Shown: positions 34,523 to 45,402 of the stretch, piece after piece
How positions within the stretch are numbered: position 1 is the stretch's first letter
How the letters are laid out: each line of letters starts with the position of its first letter
Source: an uncultured Gemmatimonadales bacterium
GTDB lineage: Bacteria; Gemmatimonadota; Gemmatimonadetes; Gemmatimonadales; GWC2-71-9
DNA: 64,000 nt
NCBI GenBank assembly: GCA_963810185.1
Contig: CAWEMJ010000005.1
Span: forward strand, 7,931-71,930
Direction of reading: 5' to 3'
Made by a program: the position numbers and the translations under genes
The notes under the pieces: model-generated
Database searches by the model: none
Seen by the model: the letters and a program-made list of their open reading frames with translations, nothing else
Told to the model about the DNA's origin: nothing

Positions 34523-35971
34523 TTGCCGAGTTCCGCCATCCGCCGCACCAAGATCGTCGCCACCCTCGGACCCGCCTGGTCCCATCCCGACCGGATGGTC
34601 CAGTTGCTCGATGCCGGGGTCAATGTGGTCCGGGTGAATGCCTCCCATGGCACGCCGGAGCTGCGGGCCCAGTGGATCCGGGACCTCCAGCGGGTCTGCA
34701 AGGGCCGGAAGGAGCCTGTCGCCATCCTGGTGGACCTGCACGGTCCCCGGATCCGGGTCGGTCAGCTCCCGGAGCCGCGGGAACTCGTCCAGGGCCAGTC
34801 GGTCACGTTTGCCCCCGAGGATGGAGCCACCGGGGCCGAACTCCCGACGACCTACGCCGCGCTAGCCGGGGACATGCACGTGGGCTCCAAGATCTTGCTG
34901 GACGACGGCCTGCTGGCCGTCGAAGTCACTGGCATCCGTGGCGACCGGGTGGACGGGATCGTGCGCTATGGCGGGCTCCTGCGCGCCAATAAGGGGATGA
35001 ACCTTCCCGGGGTGGATGTCAGCGCCCCGGCGGTCACCGAAAAGGACCGGGAAGAGGTGGCGCATGCCGTTGCGCTGGGCGTCGACTACATCGGCGTCTC
35101 CTTCGTGCGGCGGGCCGAGGAGCTGAACGAGCTGCGGACCCTGATCCCGAAGCGGGTCCAGCTGGTGGCCAAGATCGAGAAGGACACCGCCCTCCTCCAC
35201 CTCGAGTCCATCCTCGATGCCACCGACGCGGTCATGGTGGCCCGCGGCGACCTCGGGGTGGAACTGCCGTTCGAGGAGGTGCCCCTGGTCCAGAAGCGCC
35301 TCATCCGCGAGGCCAACCGGCGCGGCAAGCCCGTCATCACCGCCACCCAGATGCTCGAGTCGATGGTCCACGCGCCCCGGCCCACCCGCGCCGAGGCGTC
35401 CGACGTGGCGAACGCCATCCTCGACGGGACCGACGCGGTCATGCTCTCCGCCGAGACCGCGGTGGGCGACTACGCCCTCGAGGCGGTGCAGGCGATGGAC
35501 CGGATCGCCCGGGAAGTCGAGCGCCACCGGACCGGTCGGAGCGCCGCCTTCGACCTGGCAGTCGGGCGGCGGAGCGGCGGCGCCAACGACCGCTTCGCGG
35601 AGCGGCGTGCCCGCACTGAAGACGCGATCGCGGTGGCGGTCTGCGCCGCGTCGGAGCTGCTGGAGACGCGGGTCATCGTCTGCTTCACCTCCAGCGGATT
35701 TACCGCCCGCACGGTGGCCTCGTTCCGCCCCTCGGTGCCCATCGTCGCCGTCACGCCCGAGCCCGATACGCACCGGGCATTGGCCCTGGTGTGGGGCGTG
35801 ACCCCGGTGCTGGTGGCGCATGTGCCCAACTACGACGCGATGCTCCACGTGGCGCGTGCCGAGTTGCTGGCGCAGGGGCTGGTGAGTCCCGGCGACCGGG
35901 TCGTCGTGACGGCCGGCGTGCCGTTCGACATGCCCGGCACCACCAACCTCCTCAAGATCGAGACCGTGTAG
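34523..35971 (+). CDS. pyk: Pyruvate kinase
   Basis: TTG at 34523 (GAGG 5 nt upstream): RRTKIVATLGPA...VNVVRVNASHG...LVDLHGPRIR...MVARGDLGVE. Confidence 0.93.
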   Translation: MPSSAIRRTKIVATLGPAWSHPDRMVQLLDAGVNVVRVNASHGTPELRAQWIRDLQRVCKGRKEPVAILVDLHGPRIRVGQLPEPRELVQGQSVTFAPEDGATGAELPTTYAALAGDMHVGSKILLDDGLLAVEVTGIRGDRVDGIVRYGGLLRANKGMNLPGVDVSAPAVTEKDREEVAHAVALGVDYIGVSFVRRAEELNELRTLIPKRVQLVAKIEKDTALLHLESILDATDAVMVARGDLGVELPFEEVPLVQKRLIREANRRGKPVITATQMLESMVHAPRPTRAEASDVANAILDGTDAVMLSAETAVGDYALEAVQAMDRIAREVERHRTGRSAAFDLAVGRRSGGANDRFAERRARTEDAIAVAVCAASELLETRVIVCFTSSGFTARTVASFRPSVPIVAVTPEPDTHRALALVWGVTPVLVAHVPNYDAMLHVARAELLAQGLVSPGDRVVVTAGVPFDMPGTTNLLKIETV

Positions 35972-35975
35972 CGGC

Positions 35976-36755
35976 ATGCGGCTCACCTTCCTCGGCACCG
36001 GCACCTCGTTCGGCGTGCCGCAGGTGGGCTGCGGGTGCGCCGTCTGCCGCTCCGACGACCCGCGCGACCGGCGCACCCGGAGCGGCGCCCTCCTCCGGGC
36101 CGGTGCCGCCACTCTCCTGCTGGACAGTCCGCCTGAACTCCGGCTCCAGCTGGTCGGGCAGGGCGTGACCGATCTGTCGGCGGTGCTCTACACCCACGAA
36201 CATGCCGATCACACGGCGGGCATCGACGATCTCCGGATCTTCACCGTCCGGAAGAAGGGCCACCTGCCGGTCTATGGCCCTCCGGAGACGCTCGAGCAGC
36301 TCGAGGCCACCTATCGCTACATCTTCGATCCCGGCGTCACCGCCTTTGAGGGGACCTCCAAGCCCCATCTCGAGCCGCACGCGCTCGAGCCAGGCGTGCC
36401 GACGACGGTGGCCGGGGTGTCGGTCCTGCCGCTCGCCTTCCCGCACGGCCATCTTCGGGTGTACGGATACCGGTTCGGCAAGCTGGCGTACCTGACCGAC
36501 GTGAAAGAGGTGGGGACGGTGGAGCGGGCCGCCCTCCAGGGCGTCGAGGTGCTGGTCCTCAATGCCCTCTGGTGGCGCTCGCACCCCACGCATCTCAGCA
36601 TCGAGGAGGCGGTGGTCCTGTCCCGCGAGCTGGGGGCGGAGCGCACCTACCTGACGCACCTGACTCATGAGACGGGGCACGCGGAGCTGGCGGCGCGGCT
36701 GCCCGCGGGCGTGTCCCCGGCCTATGACGGACTGACGGTGGAGGTTTCCGAATGA
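35976..36755 (+). CDS. MBL-fold metallo-hydrolase (PhnP-like)
   Basis: LGTGTSFGVPQVGCGCAVC...YTHEHADHTAGIDDLR. Confidence 0.8.
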   Translation: MRLTFLGTGTSFGVPQVGCGCAVCRSDDPRDRRTRSGALLRAGAATLLLDSPPELRLQLVGQGVTDLSAVLYTHEHADHTAGIDDLRIFTVRKKGHLPVYGPPETLEQLEATYRYIFDPGVTAFEGTSKPHLEPHALEPGVPTTVAGVSVLPLAFPHGHLRVYGYRFGKLAYLTDVKEVGTVERAALQGVEVLVLNALWWRSHPTHLSIEEAVVLSRELGAERTYLTHLTHETGHAELAARLPAGVSPAYDGLTVEVSE

Positions 36756-38131
36756 GGTTCGAGTACGGCAGGATCATCCAGGACCGGCTCGACGGCGAGC
36801 ACGGGTTGCCGCGCCGCCGGCTCGACGAGCTGGCGCGACGCTTCGCCGCCGTGCAGGCCGAGGTGCAGGCGCGCCGCGCTGCCGGCGAGTACGGGTTCTA
36901 CGGCTTGGCCCGGCAGGAACAGACTGTCCGCCAGATCACCGCGTTTGCCGAGGGACTCGGCCAGGCCTACGACCACGTGCTCGTCCTCGGCATCGGCGGC
37001 TCGGCGCTCGGCACCCGCGCCCTCCTTTCCGCGCTCCGGCCGCCGGCCTGGAACGAACTGGACGACGAGGGGCGGGAATTCTTCCCGCGGCTCACCCTGC
37101 TCGACAACGTGGACCCGACCTCGGTGGCCGCGGCACTGCGACGCATCGACCCGCGGCGCGTCCTGGTCAACGTGATCAGCAAGTCCGGCGGCACCGCGGA
37201 GACGCTGGCCCAGTACCTGGTGGTGCGGAAGTGGCTCGACGACGCGCTGGGCGGGGCGGCCAGCAGGCACCTGGTCTTCACCACCGATCCGGTGAAGGGC
37301 GCGCTCCGTGACCTGGCCACGCGGGAAGGGATCGCCACGCTCGAGGTGCCGCCGGAGGTGGGGGGGCGCTTCAGCGTGCTCTCTCCGGTGGGACTGCTCC
37401 CGGCGGCGCTGGTCGGCATCGACATCGCAGGGCTGCTCGAGGGTGCGGCGCGCGCCGTGGAGCGCGCCCGGGCCGATGACCTGCTCCAGAATCCCGCCGC
37501 GCTCTACGCCGCGCTGCACTGGTCCGCCGACCTGCAGGCCGGGGCGCGGCTGCACGTCCTCATGCCCTACAGCGACCGGCTCCGCGACCTGGCGGAGTGG
37601 TTCCGGCAGCTGTGGGCCGAGAGCCTCGGCAAGCGGGTGGACCGGGAGGGGAAGGTGGTCCACACCGGCCCGACGCCGGTTGCGTCAGTCGGGGCCACCG
37701 ACCAGCACTCGCAGGTGCAGCTCTTCATGGAAGGGCCGTTCGACAAGCTGATCACCTTCGTGACGGTGGCCGATCCGGGCGAGGACCTCCTCATCCCGGC
37801 CCTCGACGGGATGCCGGAGGAGGTCGCCTGCCTCGGTGGCCGGACGCTCGGGGCCCTCTTGCAGGCGGAGTACGAGGCCACCTCGGCGGCACTGGCGCGG
37901 ATGGGCCGGATGAACGGCACCCTCGCGCTGGCCGATCTGTCTCCGCAGTCTATCGGGGAACTCCTGATGTTCTTCCAGCTCGCCACCGGCTACGCCGGCT
38001 GCTGGTACGGCGTGAATCCCTTCGATCAGCCGGGAGTGGAACTGGGGAAACGGCTGACGTTCGGGGCGCTGGGCAGGGTCGGGTACGAGGCGCCGGAAGC
38101 TGCGCCCGACGCCGACACCGACGTGGCGTAA
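36752..38131 (+). CDS. pgi: Glucose-6-phosphate isomerase
   Basis: VLGIGGSALG...VISKSGGTAET...; 4-nt overlap with the upstream gene. Confidence 0.9.
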   Translation: MRFEYGRIIQDRLDGEHGLPRRRLDELARRFAAVQAEVQARRAAGEYGFYGLARQEQTVRQITAFAEGLGQAYDHVLVLGIGGSALGTRALLSALRPPAWNELDDEGREFFPRLTLLDNVDPTSVAAALRRIDPRRVLVNVISKSGGTAETLAQYLVVRKWLDDALGGAASRHLVFTTDPVKGALRDLATREGIATLEVPPEVGGRFSVLSPVGLLPAALVGIDIAGLLEGAARAVERARADDLLQNPAALYAALHWSADLQAGARLHVLMPYSDRLRDLAEWFRQLWAESLGKRVDREGKVVHTGPTPVASVGATDQHSQVQLFMEGPFDKLITFVTVADPGEDLLIPALDGMPEEVACLGGRTLGALLQAEYEATSAALARMGRMNGTLALADLSPQSIGELLMFFQLATGYAGCWYGVNPFDQPGVELGKRLTFGALGRVGYEAPEAAPDADTDVA

Positions 38132-38207
38132 GTCCGTTTGGCGTGGAGGCGGCAGGCGGTCTAGATTTTGCCATCCGGGGCTGGCTCCACCTACGAGGAA
38201 GCGATTC

Positions 38208-39623
38208 GTGACCGATCACGTCCAGCAGGCCGTTCGCATGTTCGGCGGTGCCATCACCCAGGTGCCCGGCGGCATCAAGCTCGCCGATCCTGCGGCCCTC
38301 CGAGGGGCCGCCACCGACCGGCTCGTCCGGCAGGCGGTGTTCGGCAGTGAACCGGAACGGGAGGCGGCGCGCTGGCTGCTCTGGGAGCTGGGGCAGATTA
38401 CCGGGGCGCGGCCGGCCTCCATCAACGACCTCTATCTGGCGCGGGGGCGGGGGGAGTGCGGTGGCTTCACCGTCCCGGCCATCAATGTGCGGATGCTGGC
38501 CTACGACACCGCGCGTGCGGTATTCCGGGCGGCCCTGGCGGGTCGGGCCGGGGCCATCATCCTCGAAATTGCCCGCAGCGAGATTGCCTATACGGCGCAG
38601 CGGCCCGACGAATATGTGGCGGTCATCATCGGCGCGGCGCTGCGCGAGGGCTACACCCTCCCCCTCTTCATCCAGGGCGACCACTGCCAGGTGAACGCCA
38701 AGAAGTACGCCGCCGATCCCGAGGGGGAGGTGGGCGAGGTCAAGAAGCTGATCGCCGAGGAGGTGGCGGCGGGGTTCTACAACATCGACGTGGACACCTC
38801 CACGCTCGTGGACCTCTCCCGGCCCACGCTGGAAGAGCAGCAGCGCGACAACTTCGAGCGCTGCGCGGAGATCACCGCCTTCATCCGCGAGCGGGAGCCC
38901 GAGGGCATCACGGTGTCTGTCGGCGGCGAAATCGGCGAGGTGGGCCACAAGAACAGCACGGTGGAGGAGCTGCACGCCTTCATGCGCGGCTGCCGGACCA
39001 CGCTGGACCGCCTCGGCGTGGCGGAGGGGCTGAGCAAGATCTCGGTGCAGACCGGCACCTCGCACGGCGGCGTGGTGCTCCCCGACGGCACCATCGCCGC
39101 GGTCAAGCTCGATCTGGAGGCGCTGGCCGCGCTCTCCGTGGCGGCGCGCCAGTCCTACGGGACGGCGGGCGCCGTGCAGCACGGTGCCAGCACGCTTCCG
39201 AGCAACGCCTTCGGCAACTTCCCGCGGGTGGAGGCGTGCGAAATCCACCTCGCCACCAACTTCCAGAACCTGGTGTTCGATCACCCGAAGTTGCCGGCCG
39301 AGCTCCGCGGGCGGATGTACGCCTGGCTCGACGCGAACGCCCAGGGCGAACGGAAGCCCGAGGATTCGGAGGAGCAGTTCTATTACAAGGCGCGCAAGAA
39401 GGCCATCGGTCCGTTCAAGGAGGAGTGCTGGTCGCTGCCCCAGGACGTGCGCGGCGCGATCGCCGCGGACCTGGAGCGCACCTTCCGGTTCCTGTTCGAG
39501 CAGCTGAACGTCAACGGCACCGACACCCTGGTGGACCGGTTCATTCATGCGCCGGTGCAGCACCATGCCTCGCTGGAGAAGGTGCTGGTCTCCGCCGAAG
39601 ATGACCCCGACGCAGGAGAATGA
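38208..39623 (+). CDS. fba: Class II fructose-bisphosphate aldolase family, long form
   Basis: GFTVPAINV...FIQGDHCQV...FYNIDVDTS...VGGEIGEVG...QTGTSHGG. Confidence 0.85.
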   Translation: MTDHVQQAVRMFGGAITQVPGGIKLADPAALRGAATDRLVRQAVFGSEPEREAARWLLWELGQITGARPASINDLYLARGRGECGGFTVPAINVRMLAYDTARAVFRAALAGRAGAIILEIARSEIAYTAQRPDEYVAVIIGAALREGYTLPLFIQGDHCQVNAKKYAADPEGEVGEVKKLIAEEVAAGFYNIDVDTSTLVDLSRPTLEEQQRDNFERCAEITAFIREREPEGITVSVGGEIGEVGHKNSTVEELHAFMRGCRTTLDRLGVAEGLSKISVQTGTSHGGVVLPDGTIAAVKLDLEALAALSVAARQSYGTAGAVQHGASTLPSNAFGNFPRVEACEIHLATNFQNLVFDHPKLPAELRGRMYAWLDANAQGERKPEDSEEQFYYKARKKAIGPFKEECWSLPQDVRGAIAADLERTFRFLFEQLNVNGTDTLVDRFIHAPVQHHASLEKVLVSAEDDPDAGE

Positions 39624-39624
39624 C

Positions 39625-40053
39625 ATGGCACGCAATGAAGATGAGGAAATCGTCTACGTCCGGGACAACGGCGGTTCCGGTGTCAAGTGGTTCCTGGCCG
39701 GTGCGGTGGTAGGCGGCGCGCTCGCGCTGCTGTTCGCGCCGCAGAGCGGCGACGCCACGCGCCGGATGATCAAGCGGAAGGCGCGCGACCTGCGCGACCT
39801 GGCGGAGGACGGACTGGAGGAACTCGGCGACCGGTTCGAGGAGGGGAAGGAGCGGGTCCGCGGCGAGGCGGACCGGGTCAAGGACGCCGTCCGTGACCGG
39901 GTGGACGACGTGCGGGAGCGCGCCACCGACGCCCGGGACGCGGTCCGGGGCGCCAGCCACTCGGCGCGCGAGGAGCTGGAACGGCGCCTGGCCGACGCCA
40001 GGGTCCGCCGTCGCGCCGCCGCGATGGCGGACGACGAGGAGCCAGCCATCTGA
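39625..40053 (+). CDS. YtxH-domain protein
   Basis: ATG at 39625: WFLAGAVVGGALALLFAPQSGDATRRMIKRKARDL, then a charged coiled-coil tail. Confidence 0.7.
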   Translation: MARNEDEEIVYVRDNGGSGVKWFLAGAVVGGALALLFAPQSGDATRRMIKRKARDLRDLAEDGLEELGDRFEEGKERVRGEADRVKDAVRDRVDDVRERATDARDAVRGASHSAREELERRLADARVRRRAAAMADDEEPAI

Positions 40054-40193
40054 CCCCGAACCGGATCCGCGGCTGGCATCGGTCTTTCCGCGGGTTCCTC
40101 GGTCGGACCCTCCAGGCGGCCGACGAAAATCACGTCCCCTTCCTGGCGAGCGCGCTGACCTTTGACGCGCTGCTTGCCGCCATTCCGTTCGTA

Positions 40194-40985
40194 GTGCTGC
40201 TCCTGATCGGGCTCACCCAGGTGGCTCAGCACTGGGCGGGCGCCGTCTCCGTGGACCTGCCCCGGTTCTTCGAGGCGTTCCTCCCGCCGCACGACACCAC
40301 GGTGGGGCAGGACCCCTTCTTCCTGTTCGAGAACGTCCTCGGCCGCATCGCCGAATCGGGCAGCCGCCTGTCGCTCTACGCCGTGCCGGCCTTCCTCTGG
40401 TTCAGCACTCGCCTCTTCGCCAGCATCCGCACCTCGCTCAACCAGATGTACGACGTCAGCGTGCGCCCGCCGGTGCGGCGGCATTTCCTGGTCGGGATGC
40501 TCCTGAGCAAGTTGCGCGATGTCGCGATGGTCATCCTCACCCTCGGCGTGTTCGCGGCCAGCATCGCGATCACCACGCTCATCGGCATCGCGCGCGCCCG
40601 GGGCGAGGCCGGCGCGCCGTGGCTGGGGTTCTTCTTCTCGTCGTTCGGGCGGTGGATTCCGGAGGCCCTGGGGCTGACGCTCACCTTCACCCTCTTCTTC
40701 CTGATCTACAAGTACGCCTCTATCCGTCGCCTCGACACGCAGGCCGCCCTGGTGGCGTCCGCGTTCGGCGCCGCCGCCTTCGAACTCGCCAAGCACGTCT
40801 TTGCCGTGTACCTGGCGCGGATGGTGGCGGCGAGCTCGGTGCGGGTGGACTTCCAGCTCACGGCGGCCACCCTCACGGTGCTCTGGGTCTACTATACGGC
40901 GCTGGTGTTCCTGCTCGGCGGGGTCGTCGCGGAAACCTGGCAGCTCCGGACGATGCAACAGCAGCAGCGGGCCATTCTGACCTGA
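40194..40985 (+). CDS. YihY/BrkB-family membrane protein (true start upstream and unresolved)
   Basis: Family-like N-terminus (HVPFLASALTFDALLAAIPFVVLLL) continues in frame back to 40053, but no ATG/GTG/TTG occurs before 40194. Confidence 0.75.
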   Translation: MLLLIGLTQVAQHWAGAVSVDLPRFFEAFLPPHDTTVGQDPFFLFENVLGRIAESGSRLSLYAVPAFLWFSTRLFASIRTSLNQMYDVSVRPPVRRHFLVGMLLSKLRDVAMVILTLGVFAASIAITTLIGIARARGEAGAPWLGFFFSSFGRWIPEALGLTLTFTLFFLIYKYASIRRLDTQAALVASAFGAAAFELAKHVFAVYLARMVAASSVRVDFQLTAATLTVLWVYYTALVFLLGGVVAETWQLRTMQQQQRAILT

Positions 40986-40989
40986 GATG

Positions 40990-41078
40990 GCTTCGTCGGC
41001 TCCTCACGGAGCCTCCTCGCAATGACAGAAGAAGCCATGGTGTCATTGCGAGGCCACGCAGTGGCCGAAGCAATCTCG
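40990..41078. repeat. Inverted pair of family C repeats between convergent genes
   Basis: GCTTCGTCGGCTCCTCACGGAGCCTCCTCGCAATGACA-GAAGAAGCCATGG-TGTCATTGCGAGGCCACGCAGTGGCCGAAGCAATCTCG. Confidence 0.85.
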
Positions 41079-41080
41079 TC

Positions 41081-44031
41081 CTACTGCGCGGTGTGGACCT
41101 CGACCACGAGGTTGCTCAGCTGGTCCGGTTTGTCCGGTTGAGCGGTGACCTGAAGAATGGACCCCGTGAGGCGCCGCGCCGAGAGATCTCGCGGATCCAC
41201 CTCGAGGGTGTAACGGCCCGGCTTGACTCCCAGCACATAGAAACTGCCGTCGGAGAAGGTGGCGATCGCCGTCTGCTTCCCGTTGGCCTTGTTGGTGAGC
41301 ACGAGCGTGACGTTCGGCAGCGGCGTGCCGTCGCAGACCACGCGTCCCTCGAGCACGGCGCCCGTCACCAGCGGCAGGTCGAGCTGGCGGTACGCGTTCG
41401 GCGGAGGCTGCAGGCTGGCGGAAGTGAACGCCGGCACGTACTGCGGATTGTCGAGGGTCGTCGAGTCGATCTGGACCAGCACCGGTTCGAACGCCGGAAT
41501 GTCCCAGACGTGGTACCGACCGAGGCTGTCGGTGCGCGCCGTGAAGGAACCGACGATGACCCGCACCCCGCCGACCCCGGGTTCGCCCGGGTCCTGCCTG
41601 CCGTTGGCATTGTCGTCCACGAACACGACGCCCGACACGCCTGAGCGCTGGAGGCCGGGGTTCGGATTGGCGGTGACGCGGCCCTGGTGCTTGTCGTAAA
41701 TGAGCGCGCCCTGCACCGTCTGGATGACGCCCCCCTGGCCGACCGTCGGCGCCACCGCGGTGGTGGTCGCCTGCAGGGTGGGCAGGTACGAGACCAGCGA
41801 AAACGTGAACGTCGTGCCGGGACGTCGCGGTGCCAGGCGGCACCACCCTCGATGCGGAGCGCCGGACCGAAGCTCTTCGCCACGGTGGCCGCCGCCAGGT
41901 TGAACCCGTCGCCACCGCCCGCCTCGAGGTCGCCCCGGAACCAGAGCCCGCCGAGCACCGAGCCCCAGGAGGGGCGGCCGTTGGCGTAGGCGGAGAGGCC
42001 GATGAACGACGCGCGGGACGCTTCGCCGACAGTGGGTGACCAGCCGCTCGAAGCGCACGTAGGGATAGAGCCGGACGCCGTCGGCCTGCACCGACGACTG
42101 CAGCCGCGCGCGGCTGGCGTCCATGTCCACCCCGTCATCGATCTCCGCGGTGCCCTGCAGGTAGAACGAGGTGAGGAAGGGGAGCGGGCGGAGGAACGCG
42201 TCGAAGAGCCACTGCGAGCGGCGCCCCTGCGGCGCGATCACCGACCGCGCGACCGTCTCGTCGAACGCGGTGTATCCCGCCGCGAGGCGGAAATTCAGCG
42301 AGGGTTCGAGGCGCACCGCGCCGCGAAGCCACCCGCTGCCGATCGCCTCGCCTTCCAGCGTGACCGAGTTGCCGATCAGCCCCGTGGCGACCGCGTAGGG
42401 ATGGATCAGGTCGGAGAGACTGTCCCGTGAGTACCCCTCCACGCCGCCGCGGACCGTGACCCGCCGGGAGAGGCCGTAGTGCAGGTCGGCGTTCAGCGCC
42501 CCGTTACAGAGCGTCGAGATGCACTCGCCCGCCGCGATGCCGTACTCGAACTGCTTGTACGGCAGCTGCTCGCTGACGCACGCGATAGGTCTGGTTGAAC
42601 CGGCGCACCTGACCCGTGGGGCCGTACGCGATGAAGTCCACCGGGTTTTCGCCGTAGCCCACCGGCAGCGTGATGGAATAGTCGCCGCCCGGGCCGATCG
42701 AGTCGAAGGCCACCAGCTGGCCGCCCGAGTACGCCTCGAGCTGCCACCCCGGCTCGAGCCGGCCGTAGTAGTCGAGCTGCCCCACGTACGAGGGGCGGAT
42801 GTACGGCGAGTTGGTCACCGCAACACCGCGGATGCCCGCGTAGCGCGGGCCGGTGAGTGTGGCGGTGCCGAGCGTGAGCTGCTTGACGTACTTGTTGTCG
42901 ATCCAGACGCCCTTCCACGAGGCCGCGAACTCCGACGTGCCGGCGTCCAGGCTGCCCAGGCTGCGCACGCCGACTTCGAGCGCGCCGCCCGCCACCTGCG
43001 CGCCCGAGTGCGAACCGGTAGGAGGACCCGCCCACCAGGTTGTCTGAGAGCGGGAACGCCACGTCGTAGTCGAGCACCAGCCCGTCCCACTTGGTCCGGG
43101 CCGTCCCGAGCGTGGTGTCGGGCCGCGCGCCGTAGCGCTCCGCCAGCAGGGCGCGCATCTGGTCCCGCCACATGCGGCGGGCCACCGGAAGCGAGTCGGG
43201 ATTGAGCACGGTGACCGCCAGGTCGGCCCAGCTGACTTCGAAGTCGAGCGTCCAGCATCGCTCCCGAGCGGGCTGCGTGGCCATGTACAGCTCGCCGTCC
43301 CGGAAAATGACGTCGGCGGCCCCCACCGGTACGCGCCGCGACCCGATCGTCACGCTGTCGCTTCCCGCCGCAATCCGGATGTCCTCGCCACTCGGCTCGA
43401 GCCGCGCCTCGAACACCCCCGCGGGCGAGAGCGTGTAGCTGATCTCCGCCAGGTCGAAGAACGCCGTGAGCGGCACGAGGGCCATCTCAGCGTCTCGATA
43501 GGCCGCCACCGTCCGGCTCACGAGGCGCCCGAGCGCGAGGTCGATGAGGACGGGCTCGGGGCCGGAGGGGCGGGGCAGCGGGGCGGCGGGGCTAGTCGCG
43601 GCTGGCGCCGCGGGCGCAGGCAGCGGGGCAGCGGGGCTGGCTGGCAGTTCAGGCTCAGCCCGGGCCAGGGGTGCCTCGACGGGCGGCTGGGGAGGCGGAG
43701 TCGGTGTTGGGCGCGGCGTTTGGGGTGCGAGGGTGGGTCGGAGCGCGCCGCGAGTGGGGCGGGGCAGCGGGGCAGCGGGGCCGGGGGGCGGCCCAGGCGT
43801 TGTCACGACCGCAACGGTCGGTGCCGCGGGGCGTGCTGGGGTCGGTGCGGGAAGTGGCTCGTAGGCGGTGTGGGGCACCGAGTCGGGCGCGGTGCGGACC
43901 GCGGTCGGCGGTGCAGGCCCGCGTGCCCTGTCGATCAGGGACACGATTTTCTCGCCGCCGACGAAGACGCCGACGGCAAAGAGCACGAACAACAGTGCAG
44001 CGACCAGCTTGGCCAAGAGCCCCACCAGCAT
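41081..44031 (-). pseudogene. Usher-sized outer-membrane-like protein of the pilus operon, about 4 frameshifts
   Basis: Stitched from ORFs 42493-44031, 42504-42995, 41081-42442 and 41365-42138, with switches near 43000, 42572, 42050 and 41825. N-terminal TM helix, Pro/Ala linker, beta-rich core, and C-terminal SdrD-B-like (VFVDDNANGRQDPGEPGVGGVRV) and CarboxypepD_reg-like domains. The usher assignment rests on size, position and N-domain pattern only. Confidence 0.55.
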
Positions 44032-44032
44032 G

Positions 44033-44553
44033 CTAGAGGTAGGTGATGGTCAGGATGATCGTCCCCTGGTAAATGCCGGGAGCTTGCGTCGGTGATGGAG
44101 TCACGGTGCCACCAAGATACACGAAAAAGTAGGGGTTTCCAGCGTTGCCGAAGCGCGCGTTGTTGACCCCGACCGCCGGGTTGAATGTCGTCCCGCCTCC
44201 GGGGCTGTCGTTGGTGCGCCGCCACCGCGCCGAATTGGCGGCGAAGCTGATCGGCATGTTGATGCCGGGGACCGCCTGGATGTTCGGGAGCTGGGTCGGC
44301 AGCGTGAACCGGATCTGGGTGAAGGCGTTCGCGGTGCCCGCCACGCGGACCTTGCCCGCGGCGGCGGTGTTCTGCACCACCGTCTTCGCGACGCCCCGGG
44401 TGCACGGTGGCAAAGTTGAGGCTCTGCAGGTTGGTAAAGGTGATGGCCGAGCCGACGACCAGCACCCGGATGTTCGCGGTCGTGGAAACCCCTTGGGCCG
44501 CGGCGGAGGCCGGGGCGAGGAGCATCAGCAACGGCCACGAGGAGACGCTTCAT
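44033..44553 (-). pseudogene. Fimbrial subunit C (DUF4402 / spore-coat-protein-U-like), 2 frameshifts
   Basis: MKRLLVAV | LLMLLAPASAAAQGVSTTANIRVLVVGSAITFTNLQSLNFATVHPG | VAKTVVQNTAAAGKVRVAG...IRFTLP...MPISFAANS...GIYQGTIILTITYL*. Its ATG overlaps the chaperone stop (ATGA). Confidence 0.6.
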
Positions 44554-45389
44554 CGGACCGTGAACTCCACGGAGTCCCGCACGGGAGGCGCCGGAAGCGG
44601 CAGCTTCGGCGGCAGGTCGGTCCGCTCGGTGGACACGCTGACCCGTGACCTTGTAGGTGCCCGGGCCGAGGGCGCCCACCGGCACAGCCACCCGCGGGTC
44701 GAGCGCGTAGTACACGGCCACCGGCCATTTCGTCCTGCCCCTTGAGCGGCGTCGCGTGGGTCCACCACCGACACCCGCGCCGTCCCGAGGTACGGCGCTG
44801 GTTCCGGTCCGCGTCAGCGGCACCCGGACGGCGACGGTGTCGTCCGCGAAGGACGCGCTGACGCGGCCCAGGGTGAGGCCCGTCGTCAGCGCGCCCTTCC
44901 GGTACACGACCGAGATGACCGTACGGACCTCGAGCGTGAGGCCGACGCTGATGGCGCTGGTGTCGGGCACGCCGGCCACCGGGATCGTGCCGCCCTTGGC
45001 GCCCACGATGAGCCGGGCCCAGTACTCTCCGTCCGGCAGGCCCTGCGGGGGTGACGCGAGGATGCGGATGGTCTGGCGTTCCTGCTGGCCGACCGTGACC
45101 CGGCGGGGAAAGGCCTGGAGCCAGGCGGTGGCGCCAGGTTGCCCGGCCGGCGCCGTGTCCGAGTCAGCTCCAGCGAGACGGAGCCGGCGGAATCGGTCGT
45201 CGGGTAGCCGAAGCCGAAGGAGACGCTGACCTCGACCGGCTGGTCGCTGGGATTGTAGAGCGTGATCGAGCCGGAGCGAGTCGCATGGCCGATGAACACC
45301 GCGTGCGGCGCCACGATGACTCCCTGCGCCAGCAGGGCGGAGGGAAGCAGCGCGAGCGTCGCGATCAACCAGCGGGCCGGGTGCGTCAT
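44550..45389 (-). pseudogene. PapD-like periplasmic pilus chaperone, 2-4 frameshifts
   Basis: MTHPARWLIATLALLPSALLAQGVIVAPHAVFIGHATRSGSITLYNPSDQPVEVSVSF... | ...WLQAFPRRVTVGQQERQTIRILASPPQGLPDGEYWARLIV... | ...VAVYYALDPRVAVPVGALGPGTYKVT | VSVSTER.... Confidence 0.6.
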
Positions 45390-45402
45390 CAGACAGCTCG
45401 AC

